This document shows, in pieces, positions 36,670 through 47,813 of a stretch of DNA of 64,000 nt. Origin of the DNA: Catajapyx aquilonaris (taxonomy: Eukaryota); assembly GCA_000934665.2 (NCBI GenBank), contig KZ537968.1:62001-126000 (forward strand), read 5' to 3'. Positions within the stretch are counted from its first letter, which is position 1. Every line of letters begins with the position of its first letter. The position numbers were made by a program, and so were the translations under genes. The notes beneath the pieces are model-generated. The model made no database searches. It saw only the letters and a list, made by a program, of their open reading frames with translations, and was not told the origin of the DNA.

Positions 36670-38661
36670 TTTCCCAGTGTTATTAAGACTATTAGTGGAT
36701 ATATCAGGTATATTTTGATTGTAGTTATTGTAATATTTTATATCACAATAGTAATACTGGTGCCTAATAATGTAAGTGCATCAACTATACAAAAATACAA
36801 ATTGCAGTTGAGACTTTTCGTGCTACTAATAAAGCATTGTCAGTCTTATAAAATTTACCGCCAATCGGCTCTCAGGAGAACATACTACTTTTATAATTAC
36901 GTGACAATAGATTTTGTGTCAGAATTATTCAAGGAGGACTTGCAATATGGATTCTGAACGATGTACTGTACACCTTCAATACTGATGTAATAGAGGTGAT
37001 GTAGAATCGTTACGCAAGAAACTACTTTTCAGGATTCGGAAGTGTTTCGGTTACATGGTGCATAATATTATTTCAATTAAATTTAACTGAAGTGTCATTA
37101 AATGTGGAATTTTATATGGGGCTCTGAATCCCTCACAGTCAGTAATTTCACTTGTTAATTTAAAAGGCTTGTCAGGAGAGACCAATCAGACAAATTCCCA
37201 TCAACATGTGAACATTCAGTGCATTCTAAACTGAAAACCTGACAAAATAATGCTCAAATAATTAGGGCGTGGAAGGGGTGTGAGTCGTGAAAAAATCACG
37301 TTACATCGCAGGAAATGGAAGTACAGTGCAAAATATCTGATTTATTAACATGTGAGCTGTAAATGAAGTAGTGGTAACAAACATGCCATAATATACAGCG
37401 GTTTTCTGCAGTTTTTTTCAAACTTTTGGGAGACATGGATTCCGTCAGCAGTGTTTTTGTAGATATATCAGAGGAGTCCGGTCTATTGCTTGAAGATCCT
37501 CTCACATATAACAAAATTGCACAAAAGGATATGGACCCATCTTGAGGCAGTTTAATATAAAAGGAATCGTAGTTTTCCCCTTTATCCTACACATTAGGCA
37601 AACCCCCTGCTCAGGGGAGGCTTGCTGCGTGGCCTTGAGCATTGCAGTACGGTGTAATTATGTATACAGTATTTTTTGGACCACGCCATCCGATTTTTTA
37701 AGCTTGACCAGTCACCAGAGGATTCATTATATATACGGGTACTGGTCGTACGAGGTGGCCAGGTGGATTGTATCTGGTCATCGCTGGTAACTCCATAATC
37801 TTGGGGAAATACTGTGATTGTATGTATATGTATGTGCATATCCTCCTGAGACCTGATGTCCAATATATTGGACATCAGAAAAAAATTTGGCGTCAATTTC
37901 AGTTGACGCCCTTTTTCCACACACAGTTTGGAGATAGACCAAAGTCAAGATTTGACCCTCGCTTACATGCCAGTGAATACTGAAAACCTGGCCTCCCGGT
38001 TCATAATGAATCTTTAAGACTAAATGGACTTTACCCGGCGATATAGCAGAAAAATACTACTCGGAGTGATGTAAATAACTCAAACCATCAAAACTTCACT
38101 TGCACGTTAGTGGATTTCACTTGTTTATGATAATTATGATGTTGCGATAGGTCCTCTCACCAATGGTTACGTCTTAAATGACATCCAACCCTGCATAGTT
38201 GTGTTTATTTGTGCATAACTCAACCCAACATCATAATAATTATTTACATGACCTTAATGAGATAATTACATTTTTCACGCATCCATTATCCTGTCTATTC
38301 AGAGCAACCCATGTGCCTTTCTTGCGCAACGGGACGGCCTAATTTCAGGATATATTAGGGAATATTTGTCCTTCCGTTCACATCCTTTATGTTGGACTGT
38401 CCCGCAGTGTAAGAGAGACACAAGGGTTGCTCTGAATAGCCAGGATAAAAGATGTTGGGACACCCCCAGCAGGTCTTGCCAAAATGATTCCCTACCAGTG
38501 GGGAAGACCCCAGCTCTGTAAAGGTGATGGACAATACTGAAACCATTTACAATGAATGTGTACAACCGAAAATAACTGGCGACAGAAGTGAAACAAAAGC
38601 TAGAAACTCTAACAGCTTACGATGTTCAGAACTTCTTTGAACAATATAATATTATTCGTCT

Positions 38662-39155
38662 CTACACCATGAGTTTTCTCTTGCATACCTTAAGCAATAC
38701 GAAGGTAATCAGAATGAATATCCCCGTCCACGTAATAGTAATTGCATACCCTGGCCAGACATCGGCTTTGAGAGGGCTCCATCCCCTGATGAGCATGCTC
38801 CTCGAGGATTCAGTGGCCCATGTGGTTGGGAAGGCCAGACAAAACCTTCGCAGCCAGTGTTGGGCTATGCCTTCCAGAGGCCACATTGTGCTGCTCAGTA
38901 TGATTGCTGGGTACACCCACGTAAACACAAGAGGGACCAGTATGTATATGTCCTCTGCTATCAATGAGAGCACGTATCCGGCGCACATTCCGCAGCCAGC
39001 TTGCAGTGACACCAAGATCGAAAACCATATGAAGGAAAATGACAGTTCAAATCTCTGGTAGAAGTACATGACTACGAGCATTCCTGCCAGTTGAACTCCG
39101 AATATGAAGTACTGGACAGCCGTTTGTGCTAGGAACATCTTCGTTTCATTGATTC
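38662..39155 (-). CDS. ABCH: ABCH last exon (TM helices)
   Basis: [16 protein letters not shown]...[18 protein letters not shown]; stop at 38662-38664. Confidence 0.92.
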
Positions 39156-42100
39156 CTGGAAGAGGTCACGGGAGTTTGGGAGGTTAGACACATGTAAATA
39201 ATAATTGAATATTACTTGTTATTCAAAGTTTACAAAGTAATAATTCTTCTGTTTTAACATTATTTTCATAGGTATTTGTAAAGTGAACCTTACCAGCAAC
39301 GAAACTTCTTTGGAGCACACCGTCTTTCCTCTCCAAAACAAGTAGACCAGCCGAGAAGCCAATGGATATTGCAAATACAATGCTGCAACCCGAAAAATTG
39401 TAGTACATAGTATAAAACAGTGTTTTATGAAAATGCGAGCATTTGGAACTACTGAATCAAGTGTAGCCTTTCATGGAGGTGTAGTACAGTTAGGTCTAAA
39501 CATGGAGATACAAAATACATGTCAGACTAATACAGCTGTAACTTACCAAATAAACATTCCAGGAGCCATAAATTCTTGGAAGTTAGGCTGGTTGATGCCA
39601 AATATTGCATCTCCAAATTTTACGGGTGTTGGTCCTATCAGGTTTTCAGCTTTACACACACTAAACAGATCCTTCATGAATTGTAGAAAGCGTTGAAGCA
39701 TCATATGTTGCACTGTAAATCCAATTTGCTGATCTAAAAGGAAAATGATCATGGCTGAAATATGTTGCATTGAAAATTCAAATTGTTTTTTCCCCCTCAC
39801 TCTTCGATCATTATTCGATTTGACAGTATTGTCATAGCTTACAGAAACTTATGCAAAAAGGAAGTCATGCAGAAAATGTTGCTCTTAAGTTTCAAAAGAA
39901 CGCCCTCCTTTCCAGTACAGTTTTGGAACTAACTCGAAATCGGATACATACCGGTACATGTATTTTACTGAAACTATATTATTATATTATATTATTTTGT
40001 AAAGGGCATTTCCCCCTGGTTGAAAGTCAGGGTTTTGAAGACTAATAATACCGTAGTAATAACTTAGCAGGATAATTTCAAACATTCTCACAGACACAAA
40101 TGTGCCATATTTAGGATTTTTGGCACCCGCTATTCATAATTACATTTGTTAACTACAGGGTGGTCAAATCGCAATCAAATAATAAATATTTTGAAACAGT
40201 ATTGAATACTAATTCCCCCCATGAACATGAAAATGCACTTACTAGACATATCCATGCGAATGGTAGATATGGAGTTATACAATGTGTCGTTGTCAGCATC
40301 TCTACCTTTCTTCAGTCGTTCAATCAAGTTTTCAGAATAGTTATAGGGAAAGGACAACATTCCCCAAGCCTCCCCAGTTCTAATGGCTTCCACAGCTGAT
40401 GCTTCATTATGATGCGGAACCTTATAGAAAGCACAGAATTAATTATTAACTTATTGCTCATTCTGATTTAGGCAGGTAATGTTGGAAACATCACATACAT
40501 TTCCGAACATATCGTTGATCACTAACCAGATTAACGATGCTGTGGTCCAATGCTTGAAGGTAACCACAGCTGAGATTTCGATGACCACACGGGTCGTAGT
40601 TCTGGCAGACTGGCTCTGATGGCAACTCGTTGTTGACCACTGCAATTGTGATTTTCGCCGGATCATTACCAATAAATGTGGCGAACATTAGCATTACGGC
40701 AGGTGGGAGAAAGAAGAACAGAATCATCGCCCTGAAATTAGACCATATTGATATCAGAATTCTTGGTCAAAGGAATAATAGGTATAATAATTATTATAAT
40801 AACTAATATAGGTTACAGCTATACAATTAATTGATTTTACAAGGGAGTCCTTTTCATTGCTACTTTCATTTGAGAATTGTTGAAAGTTATTGTTTCGTTA
40901 TACTTACTTCCACATTCTGAAAAGGCGTTTGCGATACTTGTATAGCAACGCATCCATGTGATTCGACCAAGATGATGGCTTGCAAACTGCCTGCGTCTCA
41001 TTCACGTGGTTCCCATTTTGACGCACTTGGAGCGACTTCTGCTCATCTGAGACTTCATTGGAAGTGTTTCGGAAGTCTCTAACGTCCATGCCCTCGTCCT
41101 TGAGGCACAACTTCAAAAACACCTCCTCCATATTGCTGCCCATGAACTTGGTCAGGAGATTCTTCGGGGAGTCCTCCTCCAGAAGATGTCCGCTTCTCAT
41201 CATTCCCACCGTGTCGGCCAGGCGAGCTTCATCGATGTAGTGGGTGGTAAACAGCACTGTCGTGTTCATTTCGGACGAGATCTGGCGCATGTACTTCCAA
41301 ATACTGCATGATCAGAGCAAATTGTTATTCCAACGCTGACCTTTCCATTATGCTATACTGTCCAATGGCCTACTTTTGACGAAGAAGCGGATCCAGTCCA
41401 ACAGTGGGTTCGTCCAAAACCAAAAATTCAGCTTGATGAAAAAGAGCAATCGCCAAGGAAACTCTTCTTTGCTGCCCTCCACTAAAAATGTTGGATATGT
41501 ACTCAAAAACGACATTAACTATTAGTTATGGGTCAATGCTACGATGTAATTAATTAGTTGTTGTTGTTCCATTTTAATGAATGGTAGAGCTGTACATTTT
41601 GCTGACGCTCATTTTACGTAACATGGTTCTAAAAATAACACGTACTGTAGCACAAAATAATGACTACTGAATATGTCATTACCCTGCAATTGCAAAGGTG
41701 CAAGGGTTTTTTTTTTTAATTAAAAAAATTCCCCTTCGCTCTCATCATGCAATGGTTAATTACCTGCAATATATTTAGTTCAATGTGTGATGCATATACG
41801 TTGTTTATGACCACCTCGCTGTCCTTGGAATTTTCTCGGAAAAATTTTGTTATATAAAAGACTTGCACCTACACATGTGTGAAATCTGTATTCTGTATAG
41901 CACTTGGTAATAAAAATGTGAGCTGCAGTAATTAAGAAAGAGTTTGGTTACTCTACTGCGGAGATGTTACACTGTATAGAGTGCAATACTTTACTCAAGA
42001 GAACTATCTGATAAGAACGAGAGGAGTATAATAGTTTCATGTGACACTGACCTGCCATGCTTGGGGGGGCCTACCTGAGCGTGTGAATGACCCTGCTGGC

Positions 42101-42797
42101 TCTTGGTAGCTGCAGCAGCCTCACTAAATACGCAACCTGCAATTTCATCTGGTCGCGAGTCATTCCGTGAATGAGGCCAAAGTACACCAGCATTTCTTCT
42201 ATGGAGCAGTCCAAGTACATGCCCAAGTCTTGAGGCATGTAGCCCACCCTTCTGCCAGGAACACACGCCTCCTTGCTTCCAGGACTGTGCCCAAAAACAC
42301 GGATCTCTCCAAGGTCCAACTGGCGAAGGCCAAGAATACACTGAAGAATAGTGGTCTTTCCGCATCCACTGGCCCCCAACAAGGAGTATCTGCAATATTT
42401 TCACTTACTATAGTGAACATTTGGAAGGTTGCTTTAGAAAAGCCTCAACACTATTAGCCATTATTAGGATTAATAATACTTTTCAAGAATATATTCTAAT
42501 AAAGTAAGTTATCACTTGGAAATGTACAAGGTATTTCATAAAATACTACTGATGTCACATGCTTTTGCTTGTTAGCTACCATTGTTGACAGTTATTATTT
42601 GCGACGCATGAGTACTATTCTATGAATGCATTACGCCTGGATGTTACTTACATAGTTCCTTGTTTTACGGTCATATTCATGTTGTGTAGTGTAGGGCATG
42701 AGTTGCTTCCTCTGCCGTAAGTTTTGAATGCTTTTCGAACAGTTACTGCATAAGGTAATTGATGTAACTCGGAAACGTTGACGTCAATCTCTTCCAT
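38662..42797 (-). CDS. ABCH: ABC transporter subfamily H half-transporter (NBD-TMD; often annotated ABCG23-like), 9 exons, 705 aa
   Basis: Exons 42797-42652, 42389-42075, 41481-41374, 41303-40908, 40731-40527, 40420-40243, 39733-39547, 39382-39294, 39155-38662. GT-AG introns, consistent phases, 2118 nt. Motifs: [22 protein letters not shown] (Walker A), GYMPQ (Q-loop), [10 protein letters not shown] (signature), [12 protein letters not shown] (Walker B/D-loop), TTHYIDEA (H-loop), then an ABC2-type membrane domain with a large extracellular loop. This layout is typical of arthropod ABCH. Confidence 0.93.
39294..39382 (-). CDS. ABCH: ABCH exon 8
   Basis: [30 protein letters not shown]. Confidence 0.9.
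39547..39733 (-). CDS. ABCH: ABCH exon 7
   Basis: NQQIG...[13 protein letters not shown]. Confidence 0.9.
40243..40420 (-). CDS. ABCH: ABCH exon 6 (extracellular loop)
   Basis: [21 protein letters not shown]...IRMDMS. Confidence 0.9.
40527..40731 (-). CDS. ABCH: ABCH exon 5 (TM1, start of extracellular loop)
   Basis: [24 protein letters not shown]...LSCGYL. Confidence 0.9.
40908..41303 (-). CDS. ABCH: ABCH exon 4 (H-loop, linker)
   Basis: IWKYMRQ...TTHYIDEA; donor AA|GTAAGT. Confidence 0.92.
41374..41481 (-). CDS. ABCH: ABCH exon 3 (signature, Walker B)
   Basis: [36 protein letters not shown]. Confidence 0.93.
42075..42389 (-). CDS. ABCH: ABCH exon 2 (Walker A, Q-loop)
   Basis: Acceptor attgcag, donor AG|GTAGG. 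Confidence 0.93.
42652..42797 (-). CDS. ABCH: ABCH first coding exon (MEEIDVNV...[12 protein letters not shown]...NMTVKQGT)
   Basis: ACCATGG start context; donor AT|GTAAGT; missed by the ORF track. Confidence 0.88.
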
Positions 42798-43263
42798 GGT
42801 TGTGAGATCCTCCTGAAGTGATCAAGTTTATTCTGGAACGATTAAATGCAAGCGTGGCATAAATAGCATAGAAGCAGGTAACAAATTGAAATCACTTTTT
42901 ATGTGTAAAAAAACGAAGATATCGCTATTATTACAAAGCAAAACTCCTACACTGTACAAACTACATATTAAATATTCTTGCATACTCACATGGAAGAAAC
43001 CTTTCTTGCACGTCCAAGTAATCGTGTGGCCAGTTTGGTTCTGAGTCCCTTCTGATTCCAGAACTTGAAGTTGAGTAACTACAACAGCCTTGTCCTTGAG
43101 CACTGCGGTGAATGCCCAGAAGAACCTTTAATGAAAAGAAGAGAGGTCACAAATGACCTGGACATGTTTTTATAGAAGTAATTACGCACGCAATTTACTT
43201 CAAGCCATGTAGCTAAAAATACTAAATAACATGCTTACAAAGTTTCAAAATGGAAAATGGCTG

Positions 43264-43399
<136 letters not shown>

Positions 43400-44090
43400 T
43401 GTGATCAGGTTTTGCGCAGGAAAGTTTGATCACGTGCTTGGATGGAAGTGGATGGCCGTGGCCCCTTAAAAGAATATTTATGGCCCTTGGAGATCCGGAC
43501 CTAGGACAACATACGTTTTGCGCTGAAGTTCCATGCCCTGGCCTCGAAGGGTTTTCCCAACATTACATACGTTCATCACGCTCAAGGACGCAGAGATTAC
43601 TGTGACGCAGGTGTGAACTAATTACTCGGACTATTGCAATCTTCTGCTGAGATACTCTCATATAATATTACAATCAACATGTCAGTGTGTGCAAATATGC
43701 TGAGTATAAACTTACTTCAGATATTGTCTCGAGTTTGTTACTGATTGGTCAAGATGCCAGTAATAACAAGCAAAATGGTTAAGGCTAGCATGTATTTGTC
43801 ACTCTTCTCTTACCGAGAAGTTTGCAAATAGCATTTTTCTCAATGCGAGGTCATTTCATAAATAAATGTGGATTAGCAAAAAATGTTTTAAATGTGGACC
43901 TTGTGCGTTAATAAATTTGATGGCCTCGAGCAAAAATACTTTTCACCCGATTGAAGGACTAATGAAGTGAATTTTAAAAACTGCCTTATTGTCATTTACC
44001 ATACAGCATACCATGTCCTAGAGGTCATATGATGCATCTTAGGTTTATGGATATTTTTGTGGGCTTTAATTTAAGCAATAAAATCATTAC

Positions 44091-44269
44091 CTTCGTTAAG
44101 TTTTTCTCACTTTAGTGTCGGTTCACACATTATAATAAGGTTTTCTGAATCACAAAACCGAGCCGCAGCAACTGAATGTCTGTTTTTAAAACACGACACA
44201 CGAGAGTAGTGTTCAGTCCAGTTTCTACTGGTAAACAACAAGTTGGAACGTTGTAGGTTGGATTGCAAG
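44091..44269. promoter_or_regulatory. Putative divergent core promoters and non-coding first exons of ABCH (-) and the BTB gene (+)
   Basis: Inr-like TCAGTT on minus at 44175-44170 with donor AAG|GTAATG at 44090; Inr-like TCAGTC on plus at 44213-44218 with donor AAG|GTAAAC at 44270; both genes have an acceptor just before their ATG (42814-42813 and 44550-44551). Confidence 0.45.
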
Positions 44270-44552
44270 GTAAACTAGTGGAATGAATAATTAACAAGTG
44301 ATATCAGCAGTAGTTCTGCCTATGCATTTTCACAGAAGGCAACAAACTTTTTCTCGTGTAATGTGCAACGATGCAGTATTGTCATACAGTCAGTTCATAT
44401 AGGCAATGGAGCTGACGAAGCATGTTTATATTAAGCCTGGTGACCTTTGTTCCAACGGAAGTAAGATCCAAAAGTGCTGCGGGTCACACTTTGAGGCGAC
44501 GCATGTAGTAGTTGGTACGCGAGTTATGTTCATCTGAACCTTGTCTGTCAGA

Positions 44553-44638
44553 ATGTGGGCATTGTGTCTCATCCTGCTGCTTCTAATTTGTGAGGTACAA
44601 AACTACTGCTCTGCTGATATTGATACTTTTGGAGACGG
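44553..44638 (+). CDS. BTB gene exon 1, signal peptide MWALCLILLLLICEVQNYCSA-DIDTFGDG
   Basis: Hydrophobic core plus C-S-A cleavage motif; donor GG|GTAAGT. Confidence 0.7.
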
Positions 44639-47600
44639 GTAAGTCTGCCTATACCTTTACGAAAACTTCCATTTCAGGATCGTATTCCAGATAAATAACA
44701 TAACTTCACGCAATATACGAGTAGAAATGACTCAACATTTGTCAATAATTCAACTGGGATTACCGAAACGATTGCAACCACTGAAATCGGAGAAGTGGAG
44801 GAGAACATTCCATGGCAGATCAACACGACTTCTACCAGGTCTCGTCTGGAACATCTCCTAAAATCGGAGACATTCTCTGATGTCACTTTCCTTGTCGGAC
44901 CTGACAGGACGGAATTCCGCGTTAGTAACTTACTACAATTTTCAACGTAATCTGTTACTTAAGGTTTTTCACTGCAAGTTCACTGTTACTCGAAATCTTC
45001 TAGCTTATCTAGACAATCTAGAGTCTAGACTCAGATGAAAATACTTAGACCTAGATCAAAATTCAAATAAAAAGGTTAACAAGTCCATAAAACCTAGCGG
45101 CGTTTTTCTTATACTCGCAGTTATTCTCGTGTGAACAAGAGACCTTTATTAAACTGGAATATATTCCTTTGTTATTTCCTCCAGAACATGGATTATATGT
45201 ACCGGTAATCAGTACAAGAATCTATGAGTACAAGTACTACTAAATTGCATTATGTCAATTTTAGCCCTCATATAATTTTTTGTAAAACCCCGTGATAGGG
45301 CCCCCTCTTAGGGGGGGAGGGGGAGGTTCCCAAGGTAGGGAGCTCTTACTTAGTTTTTAGTCATTTCTGACCCTCTTAAATACCAGACCTTTTCTCTTGG
45401 CCCTGGGCAGAGAATGGAGTGCAAGTCTGCCCGGACATGTCGGGTGAAAAGCGGGAAAAGATCCGACCAAGCGAAGGTGTCAGGGACGGGATGTGAACCC
45501 CGGACCTCCCGCTTGGCTGGCCAGTAGTATAGCCACTAGACCACCATGCCCCCCTTTTAGCCCTCCTATAATCAAAGGTTATTATTACGCGTATTGCGCG
45601 ATTTTCTCCCCTTCACACAACTTCTACACGTTTACATGATCGTATATAGCGTTTCTTGGGTTTTACAATATTTCAACAAATTAATTACGGTAACTGAAAA
45701 TGAATATTATTGTTACAGGCTCACAGTTTGATTCTCTCCATGTCCAGTCCCGTCATGGAAAACGACCTCTATGACAATAATCAAAGGAGGAACACCAACA
45801 GTAGCATCCTTGAAATGTTTGACACAGATCCAGACATTTTTCAGCTGCTGCTCAGTTACGTCTACAAGGACGATGACGAAATGGCATCCAGCTATGAAGC
45901 ACAGGAATTGAGGAATTTGGCAATTAGATTGGAAATGAATCATTTGGCGGCAAAAACTTATCAAGTAAGTGAGCAGTGGAATAAGATACTCTCCAAATTG
46001 GGGCCAAAATACACCACCATAACATATTACCAGCAGTGGGATACAGTAGGCGCTTTCATTATCCAGTTTCTTCAGTTACTTTCGATTGATAAATATATGC
46101 CATTAAAATATGTGTTTAGGCGACTGCGATTGAGTATTAAAATCTTCATGATTATTTGTGCGTTTCAATGTGGCAATGTGCAAATTTAATGAATTTTCTG
46201 ACAGCGACATTAAAGATAATAGCAAGTCAGAAATTACGTAAGTATTCTGCATTTAGCCTGCAATAATTTCAAATGTAGTTTTGCGTAACAAGAGTGGGTT
46301 TTCAAAGTCACTGTTTTATTTTTGCCACTAACCTGCTTATTAGTATGGCTATATAATAAGAAACCGAAACTGAAAGCTCCTTATAAGAACAACTTTTATT
46401 TTCAGTACATCAGCAATAATCTAGACAATGGTAACGTCCTTCAGGTCATACGAAATGCAGCGGCATATTACGACACTCAGCTGGAAGGCTTATGCTTAAG
46501 GGTAAGGTCACAGTCATGCACACAATATTACACTATCCCAGTATCAATATCACACCACCAGTTGATACCCGCATTTTCTTAGGAGGTCTCAAAGTTTAAA
46601 ATTTAGAGAAGGTCTGGATCTTGGACACTAAAACCCTTATAAACGCTAAATGCAATACACATTTTGCAGCAACAAGAACACTGAACAATAAGGGCCGTGA
46701 TTTTTGTCTCTTTAAATTGGTTGCTGGAGTAAACAATCCAAACCTTTTCTCTTTAACTCAGGGCTTAGAACATCGTGTAGAGACAAACCAAAAGACAAAC
46801 TGCTGAAGTTTTAAGAAAATTAATAAACCAGACTGCAAATTATTATAATACGTATAGGTTATTTTATTCTAATACTTGCACATTTTCAGCATATCGACAA
46901 GTACGCCAGTGATGTCTTACATCACATAGATTTTTCCATTCTTCCCGAGAGTGTAATAATTAAAATCTCCTCCAGTCCGATATTAAACGCAACGGAAATC
47001 GATCTCTTCAAGGCCATTTTATACTGGTGAGGTTCGTAAGCCAAGTTTAAGTGTGAATACAGCATTAAATTGTATTTTTACAGGTCTAGGATGCAGAGTG
47101 TGCTAACCAATCAAACATTGGAAAGCATTCGGCAAGAATTAGCTCCTATCTTACCACTAATCAACTTTGACAAGATGACTCCGGAGGAATTTGTCAAAGT
47201 GGTTGTACCTGCAAGAGTCCTGAATGCCACAGAGACAAACAAACACCTTGGTTATTTTATCCAGCGATTCCTGCCTAAATCAACGACAAGCAATACCAGA
47301 GTGCAAGAGAAAATGTCAGCCCAAGCAGTTTGCAAACGATCTTTGGACTCGGATGTTTCTAGCTATCGGTCTTCTTCAACTCAGTCCCATATTATTGGTT
47401 TTCGAGCTAAGTGTACCGAAAGGTGTTTTCTTTCTGGCTTCAAAGTAACAGAGAGTTTTACTACGTACAGTTGGGGACTGTCCTATAAAGCGCTGCAATT
47501 AACTGCCACAATTGAGGATTTGAAAACATCAGAAGTATTGTTTCATTTCGAGTCATCTTTGACTCATCCATTTAAAGTAGTGATTGAGACACCTATAGAA

Positions 47601-47813
47601 ATGAAATCTGAAGACACTTATGTTATACGCTTAAATGTCGAAGCTTTTCAAGTGGCACGTGGCGATTACGGGTTTCAGTACTGTTCGCATTGCTTACAGA
47701 ATATTAGTTGTGATAATGATGCCGGTACTGTGCTAGAATTTATTGATTATCCGGAAGCTAAATTTACAAACTCTACTCATGGTTTGATTTCAGAACTTTA
47801 TTTTGTGCACTAA
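44553..47813 (+). CDS. BTB/POZ-BACK domain protein with PHR-like C-terminus (BTBD1/2/3/6-like) and predicted N-terminal signal peptide, 6 exons, 496 aa
   Basis: Exons 44553-44638, 44725-44920, 45719-45964, 46406-46501, 46890-47026, 47084-47813. BTB: WQ...FSDVTFLVG...FRAHSLILSMSSPV...FQLLLSYVY. BACK: LCLRHIDKYASDVL...F..L...LNATEIDLFKAILYW...ILPLINFDKMTPEEF. The C-terminal HGLISELYF resembles the PHR end motif GQIPELIF. The exon 1 to exon 2 junction is the least certain part. Confidence 0.85.
44725..44920 (+). CDS. BTB gene exon 2 (Thr/Asn-rich linker, start of BTB)
   Basis: Frame open from 44699 to the donor CGC|GTTAGT; 5' boundary inferred from phase (TAG at 44722-44724). Confidence 0.75.
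45277..45554 (-). mobile_element. tRNA-derived SINE in intron 2 of the BTB gene with 18-bp target-site duplication
   Basis: Head ggggggcatggTGGTCTAGTGG (A box) ... GGTTCACATCCC (B box); TTTTAGCCCTC(A/C)TATAAT at 45259-45276 and 45555-45572. Confidence 0.87.
45719..45964 (+). CDS. BTB gene exon 3 (BTB core)
   Basis: AHSLILSMSSPV...DPDIFQLLLSYVY; acceptor ttacag, donor CAA|GTAAGT. Confidence 0.9.
46406..46501 (+). CDS. BTB gene exon 4 (BTB-BACK junction)
   Basis: YISNNLDNGNVLQVIRNAAAYYDTQLEGLCLR; acceptor ttttcag, donor AGG|GTAAG. Confidence 0.87.
46890..47026 (+). CDS. BTB gene exon 5 (BACK)
   Basis: HIDKYASDVL...LNATEIDLFKAILYW; acceptor ttttcag, donor TG|GTGAG. Confidence 0.88.
47084..47813 (+). 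CDS. BTB gene last exon (end of BACK, PHR-like beta domain)
   Basis: Acceptor ttttacag; stop TAA 47811-47813; AATAAA near 48113. Confidence 0.88.

Noticed and set aside
44999..45060. Cluster of TCTAGA-like palindromes
   Set aside because: Short low-complexity patch in an intron with no consistent period or long stem.
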